From positions 53,829 to 85,828 of the forward strand of contig NZ_SPQR01000013.1 in the NCBI RefSeq assembly GCF_004766055.1: 32,000 nucleotides of DNA, given 5' to 3'. How positions within the stretch are numbered: position 1 is the stretch's first letter; every line of letters starts with the position of its first letter. A program made the translations under genes and the position numbers. The notes beneath the pieces are model-generated. The model ran no database searches and was not told where the DNA came from. It saw only the letters and a program-made list of their open reading frames with translations. Positions 17,994 to 25,574 of this stretch are shown piece by piece. Source of the stretch: Desulfosporosinus sp. Sb-LF (lineage in GTDB: Bacteria; Bacillota; Desulfitobacteriia; Desulfitobacteriales; Desulfitobacteriaceae).

Positions 17994-18730
17994 GGCAAGC
18001 AGGGTTAGACCTTGGCTCGGTTAATACGAAGTTGGTTGTCTTAAATAATGGGGAACGAATTTACAGCCGAGTCATACCCTCCCGTTTCGATTCTGTCCAA
18101 GCGGGTATAACCTTATTAAAGACCTATGTCGAAGAACACGGAGAGAAACCTGACAAGCTCGTGGTCACAGGGTATGGACGAGTAAACTTTCCAGAGGGTC
18201 GGGTCATTACAGAAATTACTTGTCAAAGTAGAGGGTGTCACGCCTATTTTCCAGATAATGCGCACATTCTCGACTTAGGGGGGCAAGACGCTAAGGTAAT
18301 TAAGAAAAATGCCGAAGGAAGAGTCGTTCAGTTCATTATGAATGACAAGTGTGCCGCCGGAACGGGGCGTTTTTTGGATGTTATCCTTAAGGGATTGGAT
18401 CTAACGACGGAGGAGCTGGATTTAGCTGCAGAGGCTAAGCCAATGCCTATCAATTCGATGTGTACGGTTTTCGCTGAATCGGAAGTCATTACCCTGCTTG
18501 CCAAAGGGATTCCAAAACCCGAGGTGATTGCAGGTCTCTTCAAAAGCACGGCCAAACGTCTCGCTAATTTTGTCGAGTCTGTCGGACATCCCGATGATTT
18601 AATTTTCACGGGTGGAGGCGCACATTATGGTCTCCTAGTCCACTTTCTTGAACAGGAGTTAAAGGCGAAGATTATAATACCATCGGAGCCTGAGTTAACC
18701 GCTGCTTTAGGCGCAGCATCCCTTGCATAA
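17990..18730 (+). CDS. Acyl-CoA dehydratase activase-type ATPase (BcrA/BcrD/HgdC family)
   Basis: Contains the ASKHA-fold motifs GLDLGSVNTK, DLGGQDAKVI and NDKCAAGTGRFLD. ATGA overlap with the upstream gene. Confidence 0.88.
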   Translation: MRQAGLDLGSVNTKLVVLNNGERIYSRVIPSRFDSVQAGITLLKTYVEEHGEKPDKLVVTGYGRVNFPEGRVITEITCQSRGCHAYFPDNAHILDLGGQDAKVIKKNAEGRVVQFIMNDKCAAGTGRFLDVILKGLDLTTEELDLAAEAKPMPINSMCTVFAESEVITLLAKGIPKPEVIAGLFKSTAKRLANFVESVGHPDDLIFTGGGAHYGLLVHFLEQELKAKIIIPSEPELTAALGAASLA

Positions 18731-18792
18731 AAATAACGGTAGCACTTGCTTACCGATTTGATTATGATTACCGGTCGAAAGGCAGTCGGTAT

Positions 18793-18864
18793 TCCGGGAT
18801 GGTGGTGGTAGCACATGTGTTTCTGGAGCATATAGCCTGGGTTCGAATCCCAGTCCCGGAGCCA
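18793..18864 (+). tRNA. tRNA-Gln (anticodon CUG)
   Basis: Hand fold. The acceptor stem TCCGGGA/TCCCGGA has U1-A72, followed by G73 and an encoded CCA. The D stem is 3 bp (GTG/CAC). The anticodon loop is TTCTGGA. The T arm is CTGGG-TTCGAAT-CCCAG. Confidence 0.7.
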
Positions 18865-18872
18865 AAACACAA

Positions 18873-18947
18873 GGCCCCATGGTCAAGCGGCTAAGACGTC
18901 GCCTTCTCAAGGCGAAATCAGGGGTTCGATTCCCCTTGGGGATACCA
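18873..18947 (+). tRNA. tRNA-Glu (anticodon CUC)
   Basis: Hand fold. The D arm is GTC-AAGCGGCTAA-GAC. The anticodon arm is TCGCC-TTCTCAA-GGCGA. The T arm is AGGGG-TTCGATT-CCCCT. CCA is encoded. The acceptor stem GGCCCCA/TGGGGAT has a G1-U72 wobble and a G2-A71 mismatch. Confidence 0.75.
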
Positions 18948-18962
18948 AATGGTTTTAAAGAA

Positions 18963-19006
18963 TCATCAATTCATTGTTTGGTAGAAAACAAAGGTTGGTG
19001 ATTTTT
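18963..19006 (+). terminator. Rho-independent terminator after the tRNA pair
   Basis: Compound hairpin with the outer stem TCATCAA/TTGGTGA and the inner stem TTGTTT/AAACAA, followed by T5. Confidence 0.6.
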
Positions 19007-19031
19007 AGCAATAGAAAAGGAGGACAACGGA

Positions 19032-19370
19032 ATGGTTAATATTACAGAACTCGCAGCACAAAAGGTCAAAGAGGTGCTAAAAATGCAAAATAAAGAAGAT
19101 GCATTTCTTCGTCTCTATCTTGCAGGGTCTGGTTGTAGTAGACCGAATTTTGGCATGACTCTGGATGAATCCAAAATGGATGAAGATATTCTTGACGAAG
19201 AATTTGGTGTTAGAATACTCACGGATCAAAAACTTTCTATTTATTTAGAGGGAGCCATCATTGACTTTGTCGAGGCAAATGGCAGTGGGGGTTTCGAAAT
19301 ACGTACGGCAAAGATCTCTGATGGCGGAAGCTGTGGTGGAGGTTGTGGTGGCTGCAGCGGAAGCTGTTAA
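19032..19370 (+). CDS. HesB/IscA-family iron-sulfur cluster carrier-like protein with a Cys/Gly-rich C-terminal tail
   Basis: ITELAAQKVKEVL...LRLYLAGSGCSRPNFGMTLDE...ILTDQKLSIYLEGAIIDF is a typical IscA fold. The tail is GGSCGGGCGGCSGSC. AAGGAGG RBS. Confidence 0.8.
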   Translation: MVNITELAAQKVKEVLKMQNKEDAFLRLYLAGSGCSRPNFGMTLDESKMDEDILDEEFGVRILTDQKLSIYLEGAIIDFVEANGSGGFEIRTAKISDGGSCGGGCGGCSGSC

Positions 19371-19470
19371 TATGGCAGGAAAAAGAGAGCCCGATTTAAT
19401 TTGAGGCTCTCTTTGATTATTGGAATTTCTATTACTTAATGATAAAATCAGATAAGGAGGTGGCATAGAA

Positions 19471-19650
19471 ATGAGTGAAGAAGAAAGTAAGCTGTGGCAA
19501 TGCCAGATGCAAAGTTGTGGATATATTTATAATTCCGAAAAAGGCTGTAAAAAAAGTAAGATACCTAAGGATGTTCGCTTTGAGGAATTGCCTGATACTT
19601 GGAGATGTCCCTTATGTGGGGCTGGCAAAAAGATGTTTAAACCTGTGTAA
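19471..19650 (+). CDS. Rubredoxin-like protein, 59 aa. It is absent from the ORF track because it falls below the 60-aa cutoff.
   Basis: My own translation is MSEEESKLWQCQMQSCGYIYNSEKGCKKSKIPKDVRFEELPDTWRCPLCGAGKKMFKPV. It carries the rubredoxin hallmarks CGYIY, F..LP..W.CP.CGA.K..F. An AAGGAGGTG RBS lies 7-8 nt upstream. Confidence 0.8.
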   Translation: MSEEESKLWQCQMQSCGYIYNSEKGCKKSKIPKDVRFEELPDTWRCPLCGAGKKMFKPV

Positions 19651-19903
19651 GTTTCAAGGCATCCGTTTATTGGGTGCTGTCTTATGCTTATAACTACCTA
19701 TAACTGGAGGATAAATGTTATAAGAGAAGAACTCTTGGTTCTAACATCCATAAATTCCTTTTTATTACACTTTGAAACGTAAAAATTATTGTATTTTGTA
19801 AAAAATGATTTATTATGATGAGGACTTTTTAAAGTGCAATGAAGCCTTCAGAAGAGCATTACTTTTCTAAAGGCTTTTTTCATATGTTTGAAAGGAAGAT
19901 CTG

Positions 19904-20399
19904 ATGCATAATAAGACAGAAGAAACCAACACATTTTACCAACCAATCATCTCCGTTGCCAAAAAAATCATAGGGATTGAAAGTTTAGCAAGAGGGCTAG
20001 ATAAGCTAAAAGGAACAGTTATTTCTCCTCTTGAAAGTAATAAAACAGAGGATTTCGATGATTTGCTTGTGGAAGTTGTTAACAAACAAGAAAACCGAGT
20101 TAAGCATTGAATGTGCATATATACTTGATGAACAAGGCGTTCAGGTCAGTAACACAATATTTAGTAGTGCTGACAGAAAGTATCGTCAAATACTAATGTT
20201 TTATCCGGCCGTAAAAGGTGCAGATAACTCACTAAAGAAATATTATTATAAACTCATGAATTCTAGAGAGCGTAAGTATCTTTCTAACCCTTATGTGTCC
20301 CATGCGACCGGGAATGTTTGTATAACGGCGACTAGCGTTTTCATGCAAACTAATAATAAAAACTATATATTATGTGTAGATTTGATACATGAATTATAG
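19904..20399 (+). pseudogene. Decayed EAL-domain/YkuI-like c-di-GMP signalling gene. It has an internal deletion and a frameshift between two overlapping ORFs.
   Basis: ORF 19904..20110 starts an EAL domain (FYQPIISVAKKIIGIESLARG...GTVISPLE) but stops after about 45 residues of that domain. The overlapping +1 ORF 20031..20399 encodes a PAS/Cache-like sensor segment (GADNSLKKYYYKLMNSRERKYLSNPYVSHATGNVCITATSVF...ILCVDL). This is the domain order seen in YkuI-type proteins. Confidence 0.45.
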
Positions 20400-20605
20400 C
20401 CAAAAGGTAACAATAAAGGGCGATTAGCAAAGTCTCAATATGGACGTGAGATTCCATAATGTTAAAGTAAGCCTTATTAAAATGATGAATCAACTTGACA
20501 GCGAGCTCAACAAATTGATTTATTCCAATGCGTGGATAATGTTATGGAGCAGATCAGATGTGTCAGAATGAGAGCCGCTAATAGTTTTAAAATGGGGGTA
20601 ATAAT

Positions 20606-20827
20606 ATGGCAGAAATCAAATTCGAAATCAAAGAAACCATTGGTGTCCTTTCACAGTCAGCAAAAGGATGGTCTAAGGAGCTTAGCCTTGTAAGTTGGAA
20701 TGACAAAGAACCGAAGTATGATATTCGGGAATGGTCGCCCGATCATTCGAAGATGGGGAAGGGTGTAACATTAACCGCGGAAGAGTTGCAAAAGTTAAGG
20801 GATCTACTGAATGGAATTAATCTTTGA
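20606..20827 (+). CDS. YdbC-like PC4-fold ssDNA-binding protein (bacterial transcriptional coactivator p15 homologue)
   Basis: 73 aa. AEIKFEIKETIGVLSQSAKGWSKELSLVSWNDKEPKYDIREWSPDHSKMGKGVTLTAEE closely follows the YdbC family pattern. Confidence 0.8.
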   Translation: MAEIKFEIKETIGVLSQSAKGWSKELSLVSWNDKEPKYDIREWSPDHSKMGKGVTLTAEELQKLRDLLNGINL

Positions 20828-20840
20828 ATTGCAATTGTAA

Positions 20841-20876
20841 AAAATAGCACTTGCTTAAGCGACAAGTGCTATTTTA
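20841..20876 (+). terminator. Rho-independent terminator
   Basis: AAAATAGCACTTG / CAAGTGCTATTTT, a 13-bp stem with a 9-nt loop. Confidence 0.7.
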
Positions 20877-21021
20877 ATAGGCTGGTGCCGCCAATCAGCG
20901 AGGTGTTATATACCAAATAATCTAAATGGATTCACCCCCGCAAAGTTTCCCGTTTTATACAGCCTTTGAAAAATGGTCAGCGATATAAATAAATAATGGC
21001 GGTTAAGATGAAGACGGTAAA

Positions 21022-22371
21022 TTATACACCATATTTTTTCAGACGATAAAGTAGAGTCGGACGAGAAATGCCTAAATATTTAGCGACCTTTGTCTGGTTA
21101 TTATTATGCTTTTCCATAGCCTTGATAATAAGGTGTTTCTCCAACTCTTCTAATGAGAAACCACCCTCTGTAAGGCTTATTACAGGCGTTATAGTTTCCT
21201 CTGAGTTATTAAGTAATTCCTTGGGAAAATGGACTGGCTTAATTTCAGCGCCCTGACAAACAATGAGCGCTCTTTCAATCGCGTTCTGAAGCTCTCTTAT
21301 ATTACCAGGCCAGTTATAGCGAGTTAGAACTTTCATCGATTCTGAGGAAATTTTCTTGCTGCGGGAAGGATCAAATTTTTCAAGAAAATGATTAACCAGA
21401 AGGGGAATATCTTCTTTCCTTGATCTAAGCGGCGGCATAATGATATGCAGGACATTTAGTCGATAATAAAGGTCCTCCCTGAAGGCACCATTGGCAATGG
21501 CCGTGGTAAGATCTACATTCGTGGTGGCAATGACTCGGACATCGACATGGATGGTTTCAGTGCCTCCAACTCGTTCAAAACACCGTTCCTGTAGTACCCT
21601 CAGTAACTTCGCCTGCATACTGAGTGGCATTTCTCCGCTCTCATCCAGGAAAATCGTTCCCTTATCAGCAAGTTCAAATCGGCCCTTCTTTTTACTGGTT
21701 GCCCCTGTAAAGGCACCTTTTTCATGGCCAAATAACTCGCTTTCTAACAGTTGTTCTGGAAGGGCCGCACAGTTTACCGCTACAAAGGGCTTATCAGCTC
21801 GGTTGCTAGCTTTATGTATTTCCACAGCAGCGACTTCTTTGCCAGTTCCACTTTCTCCTGTTATCAGAACAGTTGCACTCGTTTTCGCAACCTGTTGAAC
21901 TAAGAGGGCAACCTCTTTCATAGCCTCACTCTGGCCAACAATTTTCCCGTACTTCTTACCTAATTCCTGACGTAGAAAATCAACCTGGTTTTCTAAATTA
22001 GAGAGATGTAAGGCTTGCTTAACATGTACCTTTAATTCCTCTAGCTTAAAAGGTTTCGTAATGTAATCCGTGGCCCCAATTTTCATGGCTTCGATTGCAG
22101 TGTCAATGGTGCCGTGGGCGGTAATCATAATGACAGGTATGCTGAAGTTTATTTTTTTAATCTCTTTTAAAACCTCAATACCATCAATGTCTGGCATCTT
22201 TAAATCCAATATTACCATCGAGGGTTCGTTTTTTTGGGCCAAGTCAATCCCTTGTAAACCTCTTGTGGCAGTGGCTACCTGATAGCCTTCATGACTTAGT
22301 GCCCTCTCGAGGGCCCAGCACATTCTTTCTTCATCGTCAATTACCAGAATTTTCGGTGTCAAGAAGATCAC
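21022..22371 (-). CDS. Sigma-54-dependent response regulator (NtrC/AtoC family: REC + AAA+ + Fis-type HTH)
   Basis: REC domain (ILVIDDEE...DLKMPDIDG). AAA+ domain with Walker A GESGTGKE and the sigma-54 contact loop GAFTGA. C-terminal HTH (QTKVAKYLGISRPTLLYRLKKYG). Confidence 0.93.
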   Translation of the reverse strand: MIFLTPKILVIDDEERMCWALERALSHEGYQVATATRGLQGIDLAQKNEPSMVILDLKMPDIDGIEVLKEIKKINFSIPVIMITAHGTIDTAIEAMKIGATDYITKPFKLEELKVHVKQALHLSNLENQVDFLRQELGKKYGKIVGQSEAMKEVALLVQQVAKTSATVLITGESGTGKEVAAVEIHKASNRADKPFVAVNCAALPEQLLESELFGHEKGAFTGATSKKKGRFELADKGTIFLDESGEMPLSMQAKLLRVLQERCFERVGGTETIHVDVRVIATTNVDLTTAIANGAFREDLYYRLNVLHIIMPPLRSRKEDIPLLVNHFLEKFDPSRSKKISSESMKVLTRYNWPGNIRELQNAIERALIVCQGAEIKPVHFPKELLNNSEETITPVISLTEGGFSLEELEKHLIIKAMEKHNNNQTKVAKYLGISRPTLLYRLKKYGV

Positions 22372-23914
22372 TCCTGTCGCAAAATTGTGGAATTACGGGA
22401 AGATTAATGATAAAGGTTGATCCCTTGCCCAGGCCACTATTCACATCGATCGTTCCACCATGCAGTTGAATACTTTGATAGGATATCGATAGTCCTAGAC
22501 CGGTGCCTGTTTTCTTGGTCGTGTAGAAGGGATCAAATATTCTTAGCGTTTCCTCTGCCGGGATGCCCTCTCCGGTATCTGAGAAACTGATCATAATCAT
22601 GTTGTCAGTTTCTTTTGTTATTATTTCTAATTTGCCACCTGAAGGCATAGCTTCGGCAGCATTTACAATGATATTGACAAAGACCTTTTTTAGCTTTTCG
22701 GTATCGGCTAAAATCTTAGAAAGGTTGCTGTCAAGCTGCAATTCAACACTTACCTTCTGCCCTCTTAACATCGCTGCTGAAAAAGAGAGGACTCCCGTGA
22801 TCAAATCGTTGACGGAACACTCCTTAATAGAAACTTTGGTAGGACGTCCAAAGTCCAGGAGTTCTTGAATTTCCATGTCCTGACGGTCAACCTGTTCGTC
22901 TATGGCCTTTGTAAATTCCTCGATACCACTTACTTGCGAGTATTCTTGCTTCATAAGTTCGACTAAGGTTTTGATAATACCGATAGGGTTACGCAATTCA
23001 TGAGCCACACCCGTTGCTAAACGACCAAGCGCAATAAGGTGTTCGGATTGCTTGAGTTGGTCTTCAAGCCGTTCCTTTTCGCCTAGGCCTACAGCCATCC
23101 TGTTGACGGCTTGGGCTACTTGCCCCAGTTCACCCGACATCTCAGGCAACAAGTGATGGATATCTTTCTCCATACTTTGTAATCCCAGCTTTAAGCGGTC
23201 GACCCCTGTGGTTAAATTTCTGATGATTAAAAGGGTACCAATCATAACTAAGGCTAGAACGCCAAGCATGAAATAACGTAGTAGTTTCCGAAAGTAATTA
23301 CTCTGGTAAAAGAAGGGATTAAGTCGCTCCTCAACCCACATAACGGCGACTACTTTCCCTTTTAGTACAACTGGAGAAGTGTACTCAACGACCTGATCAT
23401 CCCAAGAACCAGAAATCCGAAAGAGTGGTCCGTTATCCACCTCGGTCGCTATCAGGCCTGGTTTAGCATTGGCAAAGATTTCTCTCTCCCTCTGAGCTTC
23501 TTCTTCCTGCGAGAGGTTACGATAATTATGTAGGAAACCTAATACCGTAATCTTCTCTGTACGAGGAACATATAGACCGAAACGGATGCCTGGATTTGCA
23601 GGAATTTGGGGTTCTACGGCCTGGGTAAACTCATTAGTAAGGATGGCTAATGAGATATCTTGTGGCGGCCCTGACCAGCTTAACTCTAAATTTCTCGAAA
23701 ACTCATTGTTTGTACTTTTGACCAAGGCCTCCAGTCGCTGCTCTTTGTCCAAGAATACAACTTCATCCGTCCGTGAGGCAAAAAAGATGTCGTACATAAA
23801 AGCGACTAAAGGTACAAGCATGATTGCTGCTATGATAATCACGATCTGATTCGTAAGGCTATAGCGTTTAAAAAAAGAAAATATTTTTTTATTTCTAATA
23901 TTGATCATCTCCAT
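22337..23914 (-). CDS. Sensor histidine kinase (two TM helices around an extracytoplasmic sensor domain of about 170 aa, then HAMP, HisKA and HATPase_c)
   Basis: H-box GVAHELRNPI. N-box NIIVNAAEAM. G-boxes DTGEGI and GTGLGLS. Hydrophobic segments lie at about residues 20-45 and 205-230. The 3' end overlaps the regulator gene. Confidence 0.9.
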   Translation of the reverse strand: MEMINIRNKKIFSFFKRYSLTNQIVIIIAAIMLVPLVAFMYDIFFASRTDEVVFLDKEQRLEALVKSTNNEFSRNLELSWSGPPQDISLAILTNEFTQAVEPQIPANPGIRFGLYVPRTEKITVLGFLHNYRNLSQEEEAQREREIFANAKPGLIATEVDNGPLFRISGSWDDQVVEYTSPVVLKGKVVAVMWVEERLNPFFYQSNYFRKLLRYFMLGVLALVMIGTLLIIRNLTTGVDRLKLGLQSMEKDIHHLLPEMSGELGQVAQAVNRMAVGLGEKERLEDQLKQSEHLIALGRLATGVAHELRNPIGIIKTLVELMKQEYSQVSGIEEFTKAIDEQVDRQDMEIQELLDFGRPTKVSIKECSVNDLITGVLSFSAAMLRGQKVSVELQLDSNLSKILADTEKLKKVFVNIIVNAAEAMPSGGKLEIITKETDNMIMISFSDTGEGIPAEETLRIFDPFYTTKKTGTGLGLSISYQSIQLHGGTIDVNSGLGKGSTFIINLPVIPQFCDRSDLLDTENSGN

Positions 23915-24054
23915 ATTATGTGAGATTAAAAAATTGAATCATATAATACATAATAGTAATGGCTTTGATGCAATGATAAAAATGCCCAAATTCAAACTAA
24001 AAACGGAGTATAGAGACGATAAACCGTTCAAATAGAATTATCTGATCTTTGGGC

Positions 24055-24078
24055 GAAGTGTATCATTTGATACACTTC
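24055..24078. promoter_or_regulatory. Perfect palindrome, a candidate enhancer (UAS) for the adjacent sigma-54 activator
   Basis: GAAGTGTATCA-TT-TGATACACTTC has 11-bp arms and a TGT-N10-ACA core. Its centre is about 61 bp upstream of the -24 GG. Confidence 0.45.
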
Positions 24079-24125
24079 TTTTTATTTTAATGAATAAAAG
24101 GTTGAATCTAATGGGTTTCTAGGGT

Positions 24126-24142
24126 TGGTACGCTATTTGCTA
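24126..24142 (+). promoter_or_regulatory. Candidate sigma-54 (-24/-12) promoter
   Basis: TGGTAC-GCTAT-TTGCT compared with the consensus TGGCAC-N5-TTGCW. GG and GC are correctly spaced, with one mismatch. It is oriented toward the + strand operon and lies divergent to the sigma-54 two-component genes. Confidence 0.6.
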
Positions 24143-24308
24143 TATAAAGAATTATATCACAAGGATGATAGGAGGGAAGATAGTAATTTAGTATGGAGAG
24201 GCATTCATCCTGGACGTTGCTAAGCACAACACAACCGTAGGTAGAGTCCCCTAGGGTAAGTCTAGATAATAGGGGCGTAAGAATTTTTGAAGGGGGTGAT
24301 GATATACA

Positions 24309-24518
24309 TTGAATTTCAACGTGAATTGCGAACGATGTAGAGTTCCCTTCAAAAAAGGAGACGTTTACAATTACAGAGGCAATAATCTATGCGAGGATTG
24401 CTATGTTCTTCTGTACCTGTTCGACAGGGAAGCTCCCGATGTCTATTTGCCAGATAAAGTACAGCTGCGTCCCAAAATTCCGGTGGCTGTAGGGCGTCGA
24501 TTATCAACTAAAGGGTAA
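24309..24518 (+). CDS. Small zinc-ribbon-like protein (69 aa, CxxC-N19-CxxC), function unknown
   Basis: CERC...CEDC. TTG start about 11 nt after GGGGGTG. It is the first ORF downstream of the sigma-54 promoter. The start codon is uncertain, and GTG 24321 is an alternative. Confidence 0.5.
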   Translation: MNFNVNCERCRVPFKKGDVYNYRGNNLCEDCYVLLYLFDREAPDVYLPDKVQLRPKIPVAVGRRLSTKG

Positions 24519-24641
24519 GTTGATAAGACAAGAGCTAACTAATGGTCTATTGTAAGTTCCGGATTAACGGTCGTGAAAGAAATCCCTTTCATTAGCTTAA
24601 GTAATTGATGCAACATGTTTAACCGTAGGAGGTCAAACACA

Positions 24642-25568
24642 ATGATTGAAAATTTATTTACTCATGCCAGTTCATTATTTATAGCAACCAATGTTGCTGT
24701 AGCGCAAGCAGCTGGTACACCTGGAGTACCATGGTGGGTGTGGCCTCTTGCCTTACTAGTGACGACCTTTCTGATTGGGATAGTCGCTTCGCTAGCCGGA
24801 GTTGGCGGTAGTGTACTGTATGTGCCAATTGTCAGTAGCTTTTTCCCGTTTAACTTCGATTTCATTCGTGGCTCTGGCTTGTTTGTAGCACTTGCATGTT
24901 CGTTGTCTGCAGCGCCCAAACTATTAAAACTAAATTTAGCAAGCCTGCGCCTGGTTATTCCCTTAGCTTTAATTGCTTCATCCTCAAGTATTGTAGGCGC
25001 ATATTTAGGACTTTCCTTACCGCAAAGTATTCTTAAGATTTTATTAGGCGTTTTAATCACAGGTATTGCAGTTCTTTTCATTTTCTCCAAAAACAGTGAG
25101 ATCCCCGTAATCGGAACTCCTGACCCCTTAACCCGATATTTAAATATCGGAGGTGCATATTTCGAGCCTTCTAATGGTAAAAATGTTACTTGGTCTGTAT
25201 GGAGACTCCCAATTGGACTGGTACTTTTCTGTTGTATTGGAATTATCGCTGGAATGTTCGGAATCGGTGCAGGCTGGGCTAACGTGCCAGTACTCAACAT
25301 GCTTCTGGGTGCACCCCTTAAAATTGCTGTTGGCACTAGTATGTCATTGTTGGCCATCACAGACACTTCAGCGGCATGGATTTATTTGAACCAAGGTGCG
25401 GTGCTTCCTATCATAACGATTCCATCTGTTTTAGGAATTATGGTGGGCTCGCGGGTTGGTGTTATTCTATTAAAAACTGCTAAGCCGAAATCTATCCGGT
25501 ATATTGTTATTCTCATGTTATTGTTCGCTGGATTGAAGTCTTTATTAGCAGGATTAGGATGGGGGTAA
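24642..25568 (+). CDS. TauE/SafE (TSUP) family anion permease
   Basis: Shows the two-fold repeat typical of TSUP proteins (GVGGSVLYVPI... and GIGAGWANVPVLN...). TAGGAGG lies 9 nt upstream of the ATG at 24642. A hydrophilic insert of about 35 aa lies between the two halves. Confidence 0.88.
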   Translation: MIENLFTHASSLFIATNVAVAQAAGTPGVPWWVWPLALLVTTFLIGIVASLAGVGGSVLYVPIVSSFFPFNFDFIRGSGLFVALACSLSAAPKLLKLNLASLRLVIPLALIASSSSIVGAYLGLSLPQSILKILLGVLITGIAVLFIFSKNSEIPVIGTPDPLTRYLNIGGAYFEPSNGKNVTWSVWRLPIGLVLFCCIGIIAGMFGIGAGWANVPVLNMLLGAPLKIAVGTSMSLLAITDTSAAWIYLNQGAVLPIITIPSVLGIMVGSRVGVILLKTAKPKSIRYIVILMLLFAGLKSLLAGLGWG

Positions 25569-25574
25569 AAACAT

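Noticed and set aside
19475-19693. Track ORF of 72 aa (MKKKVSCGNARCKVVDIF...)
   Set aside because: It overlaps the rubredoxin frame, which has a perfect RBS and clear family motifs. This frame has no RBS or motif and runs through the downstream non-coding region.
18740-20857. Shared 13-mer TAGCACTTGCTTA, at 18740-18752 upstream of the tRNAs and at 20845-20857 in the ydbC terminator
   Set aside because: A single 13-nt match is within chance expectation for a 32-kb AT-biased window on two strands, and the flanking sequence is unrelated.
24662-25366. 234-aa antisense ORF opposite the TauE/SafE permease gene
   Set aside because: It lies entirely within a well-supported membrane-protein gene. 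It has no RBS and the low-complexity composition of a shadow frame.
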